NCBI GenBank assembly: GCA_963847195.1
Contig: CAWJZC010000027.1
Location: forward strand, 115,323 to 179,322
From: an uncultured Chloroflexia bacterium
Lineage (GTDB): Bacteria; Chloroflexota; Chloroflexia; Thermomicrobiales; JALYUS01
Reading direction: 5' to 3'
Length of the DNA: 64,000 nucleotides
The position numbers and the translations under genes are program-made. Positions 1-11,757 of the stretch are shown here, in pieces (within the stretch, counting starts at the first letter, position 1; each line of letters opens with the position of its first letter). The notes under the pieces are model-generated. The model did not search any database, had not been told where the DNA came from, and saw nothing but the letters and a program-made list of their open reading frames with translations.

Positions 1-501
1 TCGAAGCAGGCCGGATACACCGTGCGGCGCGTCCCGGCGCTGGACGACATCGCGGCGATCACCGAGCGGCACACCTGGATGACGACGGCGGAGATGGCGG
101 CGATGCACGCCGACTGGTTCCCCGCGCACGAGGCGAAGTACCGCCCCGTCACCGCCGAGACGTACCAGCACGGGGCGCAGGTGACGCCGGAGCAACTGGC
201 GGCGGGGCGCGAGAGCCGGATGCAGGTGCGCGCGGAGATGCAGGCGTTGATGGACGCGCACGGCATCGACCTCTGGGTCTGCCCGCCCGCGCCCGGCCCC
301 GCGCCGGAAGGGATCGCACCGACCGGCAACCCGGCGATGAACCTGCCGTGGACGCATACCGGGATGCCCGCGCTCACCGTACCCGCCGGGAAGGCGGCGA
401 ACGGCCTGCCGCTCGGCCTGCAAATGGTCGCCCGCGCCGATGCGGACGAATCGCTGCTCGCCTGGGCCGCGCCAATCGCGGACGCCTTGCGGGGTAGCTA
501 G
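1..501 (+). CDS. Amidase signature family protein, C-terminal part (5' end outside window)
   Basis: C-terminal amidase motifs: WTHTGMPALTVPAG..NGLPLGLQMVA..DESLL. Confidence 0.85.
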   Translation, partial: SKQAGYTVRRVPALDDIAAITERHTWMTTAEMAAMHADWFPAHEAKYRPVTAETYQHGAQVTPEQLAAGRESRMQVRAEMQALMDAHGIDLWVCPPAPGPAPEGIAPTGNPAMNLPWTHTGMPALTVPAGKAANGLPLGLQMVARADADESLLAWAAPIADALRGS

Positions 502-520
502 ATGCAGAAGTGTGGTGGCG

Positions 521-567
521 GCGGGCTTTAGCCTGCCAGAACCTTACTGCGGCAGGCTAAAGCCCGT
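521..567. repeat. REP-like inverted repeat pair (gcgggctttagcctgcc / ggcaggctaaagcccgt)
   Basis: 16-bp perfect inverted repeat (522-537 / 551-566) between two amidase genes; each arm is itself an imperfect palindrome; same core recurs at 49909-49940. Confidence 0.7.
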
Positions 568-623
568 CTCTGCCACCCGATGTGTAACCTGGGTCTAGTG
601 GCGCCAAAGGGAAGGGGATTCAT

Positions 624-2052
624 ATGCCCGATAGCGACTCTGACTGCGCTGAGTATCGCCGAGGCGGCCGCGTTGATCGTGCGGCGGCGGGTGTCGCCGG
701 TGGAATTGACGGATGCGTATCTGGCGCGGATCGAGCGGCAGAATCCGCTCCTCAACGCCTATGTGACGGTGACGGGCGATGCGGCGCGGGAGGAAGCGCA
801 AGAGGCGGAGCGGGAGATCGCCGGCGGCACCTATCGCGGCCCGCTGCACGGCATCCCGATTGCCCTCAAGGACCTCTACGCGACCAAGGGCGTGCGCACG
901 GCGGCGGGCTCGAAAATCCTCGGGGATCGCGTGCCGGATGAAGACGCCGCCGTGACGACCCTCCTGCGCGAGGCGGGCGCGATCTCGCTCGGCAAGACGA
1001 ACACGCACGAGTTCGCCTACGGCGTGACGACGAACAACCCGCACTTCGGCGCGACGCGCAATCCGTGGAACCCGGAGTGCATCCCCGGCGGTTCCAGCGG
1101 CGGCTCGGGCGCGGCGGTCGCGGCGGGGATGGCGGCGATGGCGATGGGCTCGGACACTGGCGGCAGTATCCGCATCCCGGCGGCGCTCTGCGGCACGGTC
1201 GGCCTGAAGGCGACGCACGGTCGCGTCAGCACCGCCGGGGTCATCCCGCTCTCGTGGACGCTCGATCACGCCGGGCCGCTGACGCGCACGGTGGAGGACG
1301 CCGCCATCGTCCTGAACGCCATCGCGGGGTACGACCCGAACGACGCGATGACCGTGCCGATGCCGGTGGACGACTACACGCGCGACCTCGCCGCCGGGGT
1401 GCGCGGGCTGCGCCTCGGCGTGCCGCGCGACGGGGTTCTTCGAGGGCGATTGACCCGGAGGTGGCGCGCGCCGTCGAGGAAGCAATCGGTGTCTATCGCT
1501 CGCTCGGCGCGGCGGTCGAGGACGTGGACGGCACCGCGCTCTGGGATGCGCGCCAGGCGGCTGCCGACATCATCTGCCGAGGCGCGCCGGTTCCATGCCG
1601 AGTGGTTGCGCGATCGCCCGGAGGAGTACGGCGAGGACGTGCGCGAGCGCCTGATGCGCCGCACGGACATGAGCGCCGACGAACTGCTCGCCGGCGATGC
1701 GCGTGCGCGACATGCCGTGACGGTCGAGGCGACGCAGTTGATGACGCGCTACGACGGCCTGCTCCTGCCGACAACGCGCATCCCCGCCCCGCCGATTGCC
1801 GGGCAGACGATCATCATCGACGGCCAGGAAATCTTCGCGCCGAACATCCTCACCTCGAACACCAACCCCTTCAATGTGACCGGCATGCCCGCGCTCTCGC
1901 TGCCCTGCGGCTTCACGGCGGCGGGCTTGCCGATCGGCCTGCAAATCGTCGCCCGCCGCTGGGACGAAGTGACCGTGCTGCGCATCGGCGCGGCCTACGA
2001 GCGCGCGACGGAATGGCATACGCGCCGCCCCGCGCTGGTCGAGACGGCCTGA
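624..2052 (+). CDS. Amidase (GatA-like amidase signature family), with local frameshifts
   Basis: GPLHGIPIALKD, GKTNTHEFAYG, PGGSSGGS, GSDTGGSIRIPA (Ser-cisSer-Lys triad); frame breaks near 640 and 1440-1570. Confidence 0.9.
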
Positions 2053-2072
2053 GACAGGCTGGCTCCTCCGCC

Positions 2073-2843
2073 CTACGTGATGTCGAAGTAGAGCGCGCCT
2101 TTGTGCGTCGCGTCGGGTATGTACTGAATCCAGTCCAATTTGGCATCGGTCGGGACGGAGAAGACGAGCACACCCTGGATAATTGCGCGCGGGGCCACGG
2201 TTGTCGTCGCGGGTAGCGGCGTACCGAAACCTGTCACCGCGCTCGTGCCGAAGACGGCGTTCGCGCTCGTATGTACCTGCCAGCGGCCGAGATTTGCCGG
2301 TGTGTCGCCGGTATTCTCAACGAGCACCTCGACGGTGACGAACTTGAAGCCCGCGACCGGGCGCGCGGAGGCGGTGCCGGAGCGTGCATCGTCGGTGATG
2401 CCGAGGATCGCGACGCGTTGGGTCTGGATCGTGCCCGTGTTACTCGCGGCGAGCGGCACGCGAAAGTCGATATTCGGGTCGGGCGTCGGCGACGGCGGGA
2501 GCGGCGTCGGCGATGGCGGTGCGGGTGGCGTCGTTGGCCGTGCCGTTGTCGGCGTCGGCGCGGGGGGTGGCGGCGCGGTCGGCGTGGGGCTGACGTAGGC
2601 GAGCGTGACGCGGGCCGCTGTCGGCGTCGCCGCCGGTGCGCCGAAGCCCGCGCCGGTCCAGATCACCGACGCGAAGACGGCCGCATACGCAATCAGGATC
2701 GCGCCGAAGATGTACTGCCACGGTGAGCGTCGCCGCCGCGCACCGGAACCGTCGTCAGAGGGCCGGTGCGGCAGATTGTCGGAAGGAATTGCCATGCGTT
2801 GTGCCATTCCCGCGTGCCGATCCGCCTCTACCCACGCAGACAC
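2073..2843 (-). CDS. Membrane-anchored protein with Pro/Thr-rich linker and C-terminal DUF4352-like Ig-fold domain
   Basis: TM segment (YIFGAILIAYAAVFASVIW), PTPTAPPPPAPTPT linker, KFVTVEVLVENTG...GVLVFSVP. Confidence 0.65.
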   Translation of the reverse strand: MSAWVEADRHAGMAQRMAIPSDNLPHRPSDDGSGARRRRSPWQYIFGAILIAYAAVFASVIWTGAGFGAPAATPTAARVTLAYVSPTPTAPPPPAPTPTTARPTTPPAPPSPTPLPPSPTPDPNIDFRVPLAASNTGTIQTQRVAILGITDDARSGTASARPVAGFKFVTVEVLVENTGDTPANLGRWQVHTSANAVFGTSAVTGFGTPLPATTTVAPRAIIQGVLVFSVPTDAKLDWIQYIPDATHKGALYFDIT

Positions 2844-2874
2844 GAACGCAAGCTCCGGCGCCGAATCTCCGAGA

Positions 2875-2950
2875 TGGTGGGCCAGGCAGGATTCGAACCT
2901 GCGACCAAGAGATTATGAGTCCCCCGCTCTGACCGCTGAGCTACTGGCCC
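2875..2950 (-). tRNA. ileX: tRNA with CAT anticodon, most like tRNA-Ile2 (lysidine type)
   Basis: Reverse complement GGGCCAGTAGCTCAGCGGTCAGAGCGGGGGACTCATAATCTCTTGGTCGCAGGTTCGAATCCTGCCTGGCCCACCA; cloverleaf, encoded CCA, paired 1:72 (not fMet), resembles E. coli ileX. Confidence 0.9.
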
Positions 2951-2990
2951 CGTCGGGCAGCGTAGCATCAGCGGCAGCGCGGGGCAAGCG

Positions 2991-4079
2991 TCAGTCGAGG
3001 TCGTACGGCACGTCGTACTGGGCGGCGAGGTCGCGCAGGTCGTCCTTCACGGACTGGTGCAGCGGGATACCGTGGACGCTGCGGACGCGGTAGGCGTCGA
3101 ACTCCGGCTGGCCGGGGGCGAAGACCGCGTCATGCCCCGGCGCGGGCGGCGTGGCGCGCAGGGTCGCCATCATGTCGTCGATCTGCGCGCGGTAGGTCGC
3201 CGGGTCGGTGAAGGCGTCGATGCGCCAGGCCATGAAGCAGTGGCAGGTGCCGGGGTGCGGGTGCTCGCCGACGCCCCGGCCGGGGATGCGCATACTCCAC
3301 GTCCCGCCGGAGAGCATCGCGGTGAAGCAATCGACCATCACCGCCAGGCCGTATCCCTTCTGGCTGCGGCCCGCGTAGTCGCTGCCGAGCGGCGGCGAGC
3401 GTCACGGCCGCGTGCGGGTCGGTCGTGGGCACGCCGTCCTTGTCGTACGCCCACCCGGCCGGGATCGGCTTCCCCTCGCGCCGGGCGATCTCGACCTTGC
3501 CGAAGGCGACGGTCGTGGAGGCCATATCGAGCAGGAACGGGTCGGAGTTGTTGCCGCCGGGGAAGGCGATGGAGAACGGGTTGGTGCCGAGCACGGGGAT
3601 GCTGCCGAAGGTCGGCACCATCAGCGGGCCGGCGTTCGTCATGCTCAGTCCGCCGAGTCCCTCCGCGACCGCCTGCATCGGGTAATAGGAGAGCGCGCCG
3701 AGATGGTTGCTGGCGCGCACCGAGACGGTACACCAGCCCGTTTCTTGCGCCTTCGCGATGCACCGCCGCATCGCCTCCGGCGCGACGACGAGGCCGAGCC
3801 CCTGGTCGCCGTCGAGTCGTCAGTGTCGCCGGGCTCTCGGCGAGCACGGTGATATTCGGGTGCAGGTTGACGCGCCCCGCGGCGATGGCGGTGAGGTACA
3901 TGCGCATCCGGGGGATGCCGTGCGAGTCGATGCCGTGCAGGTCGCTGAACATCAGCACATTCGCCGCCGTCGCCGCGTCGCTCGCCGGGATGCCGACCCG
4001 CACGAACAGCCGCTCCATCAGCGTGCGCATCGCATCCGCCCGTACCAGACGGTTGCGTCGTGCTCTCGGTGCCCGCCAT
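2991..4079 (-). CDS. Ldh_2 (malate/L-lactate/ureidoglycolate dehydrogenase-like) oxidoreductase, frameshifted
   Basis: SDLHGIDSHG, SNHLGALSYY, LGTNPFSIAFP, LDMASTTVAFGK, APGQPE across three ORF fragments. Confidence 0.85.
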
Positions 4080-4104
4080 CGCCACGCGCTCCTTCCTGCT
4101 CCCG

Positions 4105-5511
4105 CTATGACCGCTTCGTCCCCGGCTCCTCATGCTCGGGCTGATTCGCCTCCTCAATGGCCCGCTCCGCGTCGTCCACATCGTAGTCATGGGGTCGCCC
4201 GCGCGACCGGCGCGTTGCGCGCGCACCGGCGCCCGCCGCCACCGGCGCGCTGACCGCATCGTCGGCATCGCTATCGGTTGGCGACGGCGCATCTTCACTC
4301 CCCGTACCCGGCGTCCCGCCGGCTGGCGGGGTGCGTGGCGGCGCGCGGAGGACGAAAAAGATCAGGACGAGACAGATCAGCGCGAGCGCGAGGAGGAACG
4401 GCACGGTGGCGCGGTCGCGGATGCGCTGCCAGGTACTCGTGGTCGCCGGTGTGGCGGACGTGGTCGACGGCGTCGCGGGGCTTGGGCCGATGAGGAGATC
4501 GTAGGTCTGGCCTGCCTGCACATTGTCCGCGCTGAACTGCCGGAAGGGGTCGCCCCTTGCGGCGCCTGGATCGGGCCGTCGTTGCGCAGGGTCTGGCTGT
4601 TCAGCGCCTGCCGCGAATCCGAGACGAGCACCTGCAATTTCGTCGCCGCGTAATCGAGGGTGCGCATGAATGTGAAGCCGGACGGCGAACCCTGCAGATC
4701 ATAGGTCGCGGTGATGTCGCTCGCGCCCGGCGGGATCGCCATGCGGAGCGTCAGTCTCTGCCCCGTCAGGTCCGCGCCGGGGATCAGGTCGATGCGGTTG
4801 GTGCTGATCGACTGCGCGTTGGCCGGCGCGCTGAAGGCGAGCGGCGCACCCTGCGCCATCGAGCCGTCCGGGTTGAGCGCGCCGACCAGCGTCCGGTCCC
4901 CCGGATTGGTGATCTGGAGCGCCTCCAGGACGCTATAAAACTGCGGGCGCACCTCGTTCATGATGATTTGATCGCTCTTGATCGTGTAGGCTGCCGGGCC
5001 GGTGCTCGACCGCGGGTTCGTAAATCGGCACCTCGGTCGTCGCCGTCGTCGCGTTGTTCGCGAAGCGGACGGCGCGCGACTTCGTCGTCCCGCCGAACGG
5101 ATCGGTGACGTCCTGCTCGGCCGGTTCGTAGGTCACGCCTTTGTACTGGACGAGAACGCGATAGACGCCCGCCGAGGAGGTATCGAGCCCGGCGAAGGTG
5201 AACGAGCCGTCCGGCGCGGTCGTCGTCGTGCGGGCATCGGCGGCTTCGTCGGTCACGCGGAAGAGGCCGGGATTGAAGTAGAGGAGCGTGACGGTCAGCG
5301 GCGTCGTGGGCAGCGATGCGCCCGCCGTCTTCATCACCACCTTGCCCGTCAGCGTGCCCCCGATCGGCGCGGCATCGACGGAGAGGACAGCGGAAGCGAC
5401 GAGCCAGATGGTGGCGAACGCCACGATGAGCGATGCGGCGGAGCGCGCCGCCTTGTCCGCTGCGGCGTGGTTGTCTCGTCGGGTTGGGAGTGGTGCGAGC
5501 GAGTATTCCAT
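4105..5511 (-). CDS. Exported/membrane protein with carboxypeptidase-regulatory-like beta domain and C-terminal TM helix, frameshifted
   Basis: Signal-like N-terminus, GTLTGKV...TTTAPDGSFTFAGL..YRVLVQYKGVTY; C-terminal hydrophobic helix in 4105-4521 fragment. Confidence 0.55.
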
Positions 5512-5585
5512 GCGCGGATGCTACCAGCGTTGCCGAGGTGCGACAAGGCGCGATCGGCGGGGGTGAGGCTTCCGGCACGTGACCT

Positions 5586-5614
5586 TTGACTGCCGCCCGC
5601 GGCATTGCTATACT
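5586..5614 (+). promoter_or_regulatory. Sigma70-type promoter of the valS leader
   Basis: TTGACT-17 nt-TATACT directly upstream of the T-box. Confidence 0.8.
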
Positions 5615-5621
5615 GACGCAG

Positions 5622-5876
5622 CAGACGAACGGCGATGAGCCGGGAGGAGTAGGCGCGGTCTCGCATCGAGCGAGCGGGGGAGGGTGGAAGCCCCGCCAGC
5701 ATGGCCGCATCGAAGTCGCCCGGTCAGCCAGCGATGGAACCGCCTCAGCGCGCATCTACATCGCACGGGAGCGCCCGCTACCGCGCAACCACGAGGGATG
5801 CCGATCGGCATCCGAAGTGAGGTGGTACCACGGGCATGCACGCTCCGTCCTCAACATGAGGCGGGGCGTTTTTTTA
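5622..5876 (+). ncRNA. T-box riboswitch (Val specifier GUC) with intrinsic terminator
   Basis: Stem I AGTA/AGCGA/GGTGGAA elements, GAA-GTC specifier (5715-5717), T-box AAGTGAGGTGGTACCACG (5815-5832), hairpin acgctccgtcctc/gaggcggggcgt followed by T run; precedes valS. Confidence 0.92.
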
Positions 5877-5932
5877 GTGCTGAGTGTCGAGTACTGAGTG
5901 CCGATGAGCGAAGCGACGGAAAGGAGCGACCG

Positions 5933-8635
5933 ATGGCGACGACCGCGAAGCCGGCGATCTTCACCGGAGAGGGCGAATTGCCGAAGGCGTACGACCCGAA
6001 AGCGGTCGAGGGGCCGGTCTATGCGTGGTGGGAGGAGCAGGGGTACTTCGCGCCGCCGCCCGAGCGGCCCGATGAACCGGAGCCGTTCGTCATCATCCTG
6101 CCGCCGCCGAATATCACCGGCTCGCTCCACAACGGCCACGCGATGTATACCGTCGAGGATGTGCTGATCCGCTGGAAGCGGATGCAGGGTATCCCGACGC
6201 TCTGGCTGCCCGGCGCGGACCACGCCAGCATCGCCGTGCATGTCGTCGATCGAGCGCGAGATGGCGAAGGAGGGGCTGACCCGCCAGCAGTTGGGGCGCG
6301 AGGCATTCCTCGAGCGCGTCTGGGCCTTCATCCACCATTACGGCGACCGCATCCTCTACCAACTGCGCTCGCTCGGCTTCTCGCTCGACTGGTCGCGCTA
6401 CGTCTTCACGATGGACCCCGGCCCGGCGCGGGCCGTCCGCACCGCGTTCAAGCGGCTCTACGACCGTGGGCTGATCTACCGCGCGAACCGGATGGTGAAC
6501 TGGGACCCGGTCAATCAGACGACCGTCTCGGACCTCGAAGTCGATCAGATCGAGGAGGACGGCCATCTCTGGTACATCCGCTACGATGTGGACGGCGAGC
6601 CGGGGCAGTCGGTCACCGTCGCCACGACGCGGCCCGAGACGATGCTCGGCGACACCGCCGTGGCGGTCAACCCGGACGACGAGCGCTATCAGCGCGCTGA
6701 TCGGCAAGATGCTCGTGCTGCCGCTGCTCGGGCGGCGCATCCCGGTCGTCGCGGACGCGCATGTGGATGCCGCCTTCGGCACCGGCGCGGTGAAGGTGAC
6801 GCCCGCGCACGACTGGAACGACTACGAGGTCGGCTTGCGCCACGATCTGCCGCAGATCACCGTCCTGACCTTCGATGGGCGGATGAATGCGGAGGCGGGG
6901 CCGTATGCGGGCCTGACGATCGCAGGAGGCGCGCGCGCGGGTGCTCGACGATCTGCAAGCAGCCGGGCAACTGGTCAAGACCGAGGCGCACCGGCACACC
7001 GTCCCGCACGCCGAGCGGGGGAGCGCGGTCCTGGAGCCGATGCTCTCGATGCAGTGGTGGGTGAAGATGGAGCCGCTCGCCGACGCCCGCCATCGCCGCC
7101 GCGCGCGAATGGCGACATCCGCTTCGTGCCGGAGCGATTCGCGGGCGATTATTACCGCTGGCTGGAGAATATCCACGACTGGTGCATCTCGCGCCAGCTC
7201 TGGTGGGGGCACCAAATCCCCGTCTGGTACGCGCCGGATGGCACGGTGATCGTCTCGGAGCACGAGTTCCCCACGCCCGACGAGATCCCGGCGGGCATCG
7301 ATCCCGCGACGCTGACGCGCGACCCGGACGTGCTCGACACCTGGTTCTCCTCCGCGCTCTGGCCGTTCAGCACGCTCGGCTGGCCGGAGGATACCGCCGG
7401 ACTTGCGCCGCTTCTACCCGACGACGGTGATGGAGACCGGCTACGACATCATCTTCTTCTGGGTGGCGCGGATGATCTTCCAGGGGCTCGCGATGATGGG
7501 CGAGGTGCCCTTCCGCGTCGTCTACCTGCACGGCATGGTGCGCGACGAGCGCGGCCAGAAGATGAGCAAGACGAAGGGGAACGTCCTCGATCCGCTCGAT
7601 CTCACCGACCGCTTCGGCACGGACGCGCTCCGCTTCACCCTGATCACGATGGGTTCGCCGGGCAACGATCTCAATCTCTCGGTCGATCGGGTCGAAGGGA
7701 ACCGGAACTTCGCCAATAAACTCTGGAATGTCGCGCGCTTCGTGCTCGCCAACATCGTCGCCCGAGGAGATCGCGCGCGATGCCGACGGCAGCCCCGCCG
7801 CACCGGAGCGCGGCGCGATGGCGCTGGCGGACCGCTGGATCGTCAGCCGCCTGCACACCCTTGAGGCGGATGTGACGCGGCTGCTCGAAGGGTACCTGCT
7901 CGGCGAGGCGGGGCGGCAAATCTACGACTTCCTCTGGGGCGATCTGGCGGACTGGTATATCGAGGCGGCGAAGCCGCGCCTGCAAGGTTCGGATGCGCCG
8001 GTTGTGCGCCAGACGCTCGCCTACACGCTCGAACGCGCGCTGCGGCTGCTGCACCCGTTCATGCCCTTCATCACCGAGACGATCTGGCAGCGCCTGCCGC
8101 ACGGTGGCGACGCGCTGATCGTCGCGCCGTGGCCCGTGGCGGGGGCGACGGATGAAGAGGCGGAGCGCGCCTTCACGCTCCTCATCGACATCGTGCGCGC
8201 GGTGCGCAATGCGCGCTCCGAGGCGGGCGTCGAACCGGCGCGCTGGATCGCCGCGTCGATCGCCGCCGGGCCGCACGCGGACGCGCTCGCCACGCAGCGC
8301 GAAGTCCTCTCGCGTCTCGCCCGCATCGCCGACGATCAACTGACAATTGCGCCATCGGTGGATGCGGACGCGGCAGGCGACGGCGCTCGTCGTCGCGGAT
8401 GCGACCGTCTATCTCACCGGCATGGTCGATGTTGACGGCGGAGCGCGCGCGCCTGGCGCGGGAACTTGACGAGGCGACCGGGCATGTCGAGCGCACGCGG
8501 GCGCAACTGGCGAATGAGAACTTCGTCGCGCGGGCCAAGCCGGAGGTCGTCCAGGGGGCGCGCGACCGCCTCGCCGCCGCCGAGGAGCGCGTCGCCCGGC
8601 TGCGCGAGCGGCTCGACGCGCTCGGAGCCGCCTGA
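5933..8635 (+). CDS. valS: Valine--tRNA ligase (several frameshifts, likely sequencing errors)
   Basis: [56 protein letters not shown]-terminal coiled coil ([15 protein letters not shown]). Confidence 0.97.
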
Positions 8636-9240
8636 TGGATCACGAGGCGATCCGCCGCATCACCTCGCGCTTCTGGGGGCCGGTCTGCGCGATCACGGCG
8701 GCGCACGACGGCGAGGCGGGCGGGCAGATCGCCGTCGGTGTCCTCTCCGCCTCGATCCTGCCCGAGGCGCCGCGCGTGCTGATCGAACTCTGGAAGGCGA
8801 ACCGCACGCACGATCTGATCGCCGCGAGCGGCGCATTCGCCGTCCATCCGCTCGTGAAGGAGCACGCCGACCTCGTCCGGCAACTCGGCTTCCGCTCCGC
8901 GCATGAGGGCGCGGATAAACTGGACGGCCTCGTCGTGGACGGCGGGCGAGACGGGTAGCCCGATCCTTGCCGATGCGCCGGGATTCCTCGAATGCCGGGT
9001 CGCCGGGAGCCTGGACGCGCCGGACATGACGGTCTTCCTCGGCACGGTCGTTGCTGGTGCGTGGCATGGCGGCGATGCACCGATGGTGCAGGCGTATGAG
9101 ATGATCGGCGCCATGCCGCCCGAATGGCAGGAGGAGTATCGTCGGCACGACGCGGCGCAACGCGCTGCCGCCTCCCGTTTGTTGAACGCGGCGACGGATT
9201 CGCTCGCCCGAATGATCGCTTTTTCCCGCTATGCGGGTAT
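8635..9240 (+). CDS. Flavin reductase (DIM6/NTAB) family protein, frameshifted; 3' end uncertain
   Basis: RTHDLIAASGAFAVH, GFRSAHEGADKL, GETGSPILADAPGFLECRV, TVFLGTVV. Confidence 0.8.
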
Positions 9241-9280
9241 CCGCTTGACGGCGCGCGCCGCCCGTCCCGATACTGGTGGC

Positions 9281-9588
9281 ATGAATACACTGCTGCGGCG
9301 CTTCCGCCGCCCGATCCGACGCTGCCACGTCACGCTCTATACGCGCGCGGGCTGCCATCTGTGCGACGACGCGAAGAAGCCCGTCGTGCGTGCCGTCGCG
9401 GCGACGCCGGGCGCGTCGTTGCGCATCGTTGACATCGCGGGCGACGCCGATCTGGAAGCGCGGTACGGGTTGCGCATCCCGGTCGTGACGGTGACAGGTC
9501 GCGGGCATGGAGCAGGTCGTCGCGGAAGGGAAGATCAGCGATATTCGCTTGCGCCGCGCATTCGGCGCGCTGACGGCGGAGGGCTGAC
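9281..9588 (+). CDS. Glutaredoxin-like protein (DUF836 type)
   Basis: VTLYTRAGCHLCDDA (CxxC), VDIAGDADLEARYGLRIPVV; upstream TTGACG-18-GATACT; end approximate. Confidence 0.8.
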
Positions 9589-9591
9589 GCG

Positions 9592-10323
9592 GTGCCATCG
9601 TCCGCGAAGAAGCGCTCCCGATCCGCCAACCGCGCCCGCACGACGCTCCCGCGTAAGCGGCGTGCGACAGCGAGTCAGGTTCTCGCCCGGCGGGGCATGA
9701 TCGTGCTCGGCATCGTCGTCGCCGCCTCGCTCGTCGTGGCGCTCCTCGGTACCGTCTCGACCACCAGCCAGGGCAGCACGCCGACGGCGTTACTCTCGTC
9801 GCAGAGCGATCCGAGCCAACTGATCCGCGCCGCGACGGCGAACCCGAACGACAGCGAAGCCGTCGGCGCGCTCGCGGACTATTACAATCAGACGGGCCAG
9901 CAGCAGCAGGCGCTCACCCTCTACCAGAACTACGTGACGCTGCGACCCTCCGACGCCCGCGCCCGCGTCACGCCTGGGCGAAATGCTGCTCGGCAGCGGC
10001 GACCTCGCCAGGGGCGCAAAGCCAGCTCGTCCAGGCGATCACCTTCGCCTCCGCCGGCCCGGATCAGCAGACGGCGGCGCGCGCGCACCTCGATCTCGGC
10101 GATGTCTACACGGCGTTGCAGCCGCCCCGCCAGAACGATGCGCTGAACGAGTATAGTCAGGCGTCCGACCTCGATCAGTCCGGCGACGATCGGCGATCAG
10201 GCGCGCACGAAACTGGCCGCGCCTCCAGCAGCAACTGAATGTGCCGACGGTGACGGTCATCGCCCCGAGCGCGCCAGCTCGGCCCGCCGGACGCCGCCCG
10301 CCCGCCCGAGCGGGACGCCGTAG
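9592..10323 (+). CDS. Membrane-anchored TPR protein, frameshifted
   Basis: TM helix then ANPNDSEAVGALADYY..QALTLYQNYVTLRPSDARARV TPR-like repeats. Confidence 0.65.
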
Positions 10324-10327
10324 CGCG

Positions 10328-11616
10328 GTGGATCGACCGCGCCGCCTGCTGCACATCGTCCAGCGGTACGCCCCCTACGAGGGCGGCTCGGAGAACTACA
10401 TGCGCGAGCTCTCCGAGCAGTTCGCCGCCGACGGTCACGCCGTCACGGTGCTGACGACCGATGCGTGGGACCTCGAATACTTCTGGAACCCCGCCGCGCG
10501 CCGGGTCGATGCACCGCCGGACGAGATACTGAACGGCGTCCGCGTGCTGCGCTTCCCGGTGCGGCATTACCCGGCCTCGTCGCTCGGCTATCGCGCCTTG
10601 CGGCGGGCGATGGCGGAAGTGGAGCCGCTTCCTGCCGTGCCGGGCAGGAGGCGGTTTTGAGGCGGGGCGGAATGTTCGCGCCGTGGGTGCCGGCGCTCCA
10701 TGCGCTGGGCGCGGGCGCCACGCGGCGGAGTTCGATCTGGTCCATGCCGCCAATATCTCGATTGAATCGACGGTGCTTGCCGGGCGCGGAGCGGCGCGGC
10801 GGGCCCGTATCCCGCTCGTCGTCACGCCCTTCGTCCATCTCGGCTCGCCGGGGGATGCGCGGATCGTGCGTTACTACTCGATGCCGCATCAGCTCCGGCT
10901 CCTGCGCGACGCGGACGCGACATTGTCCAGACGGAGCAGGAGCGGACATTCCTCGCGGCGCGCGGCGTCCCCGACGTCGCGCCTGCACCGGATCGGCGTC
11001 GGCGTCCATCTGCGCGGACGTGACCGGCGGTGACGCCGCGCGGGCGCGTCGCGCCTTCGATCTGCGCGGCCCGGTCGTCTATTTCAGCGGCACCGCCGCC
11101 GCCGACAAGGGGACGTACGATCTCATCGCGCGATGCGCCGTCTCTGGGACGAAGGGCGGGATGCGACGCTCGTCCTGACCGGGCCGATGCTCTCCGACGT
11201 GCGCGGCTTCTTCGCTGCCATGTCCGCCGAGGAGCGGGCGCGCATCCGGCCGCTCGGCTTCGTCACGAAGGAGACGCAGGCCGATGTGCTCGCGGCCACC
11301 GACGTGCTCGCGCTCCCGTCGCGCACCGATTCGTTCGGCATCGTCTTCCTCGATGCGTGGGCGAATGGCATCCCGGTGATCGGCGCGAATGCGGGCGGCA
11401 TCCCCGGCGTCGTCTCGGACGGCGTCGATGGCCTGCTCGTCCCCTTCGGCGATGTCGCCGCACTCGCGGGCGCGCTCCGCCGCCTGCTCGACGATCCCGG
11501 CGCTGCGGCGGCGGATGGGCGAAGCCGGGCGAGAGAAGGTGCGGACGCGCTACACATGGGAGACCATCGTCGCATCCGTCGCGACATCTCTGACGATACG
11601 CTGCTCCGGCGTGTGA
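10328..11616 (+). CDS. Glycosyltransferase family 4, frameshifted
   Basis: QRYAPYEGGSENY..GHAVTVLTT; DVLALPSRTDSFGIVFLDAWANGIPVIG. Confidence 0.88.
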
Positions 11617-11757
11617 AGGTGTATACAATGCGGTGATGCTTCGGCGGCACGGGGTTAATCTTGTGCGCGCGATCGCCGGATTGCGTTGGAGGGTTCATCC
11701 GGGCGACGGCTTCGCGTGTCATGCACGCAGATCGCTACGATAAGTGAGGGCGTGCGT

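Noticed and set aside
2875-2950. Initiator tRNA-Met
   Set aside because: The 1:72 pair is matched and the overall sequence resembles Ile2; elongator Met is less likely but not fully excluded.
5933-8635. valS as a pseudogene
   Set aside because: Essential gene with intact T-box and catalytic motifs; breaks are single-base indels like those in all neighbouring genes.
8903-9700. Flavin reductase-glutaredoxin fusion
   Set aside because: A promoter-like element sits between the domains and the region is indel-rich; a lost stop codon is more likely.
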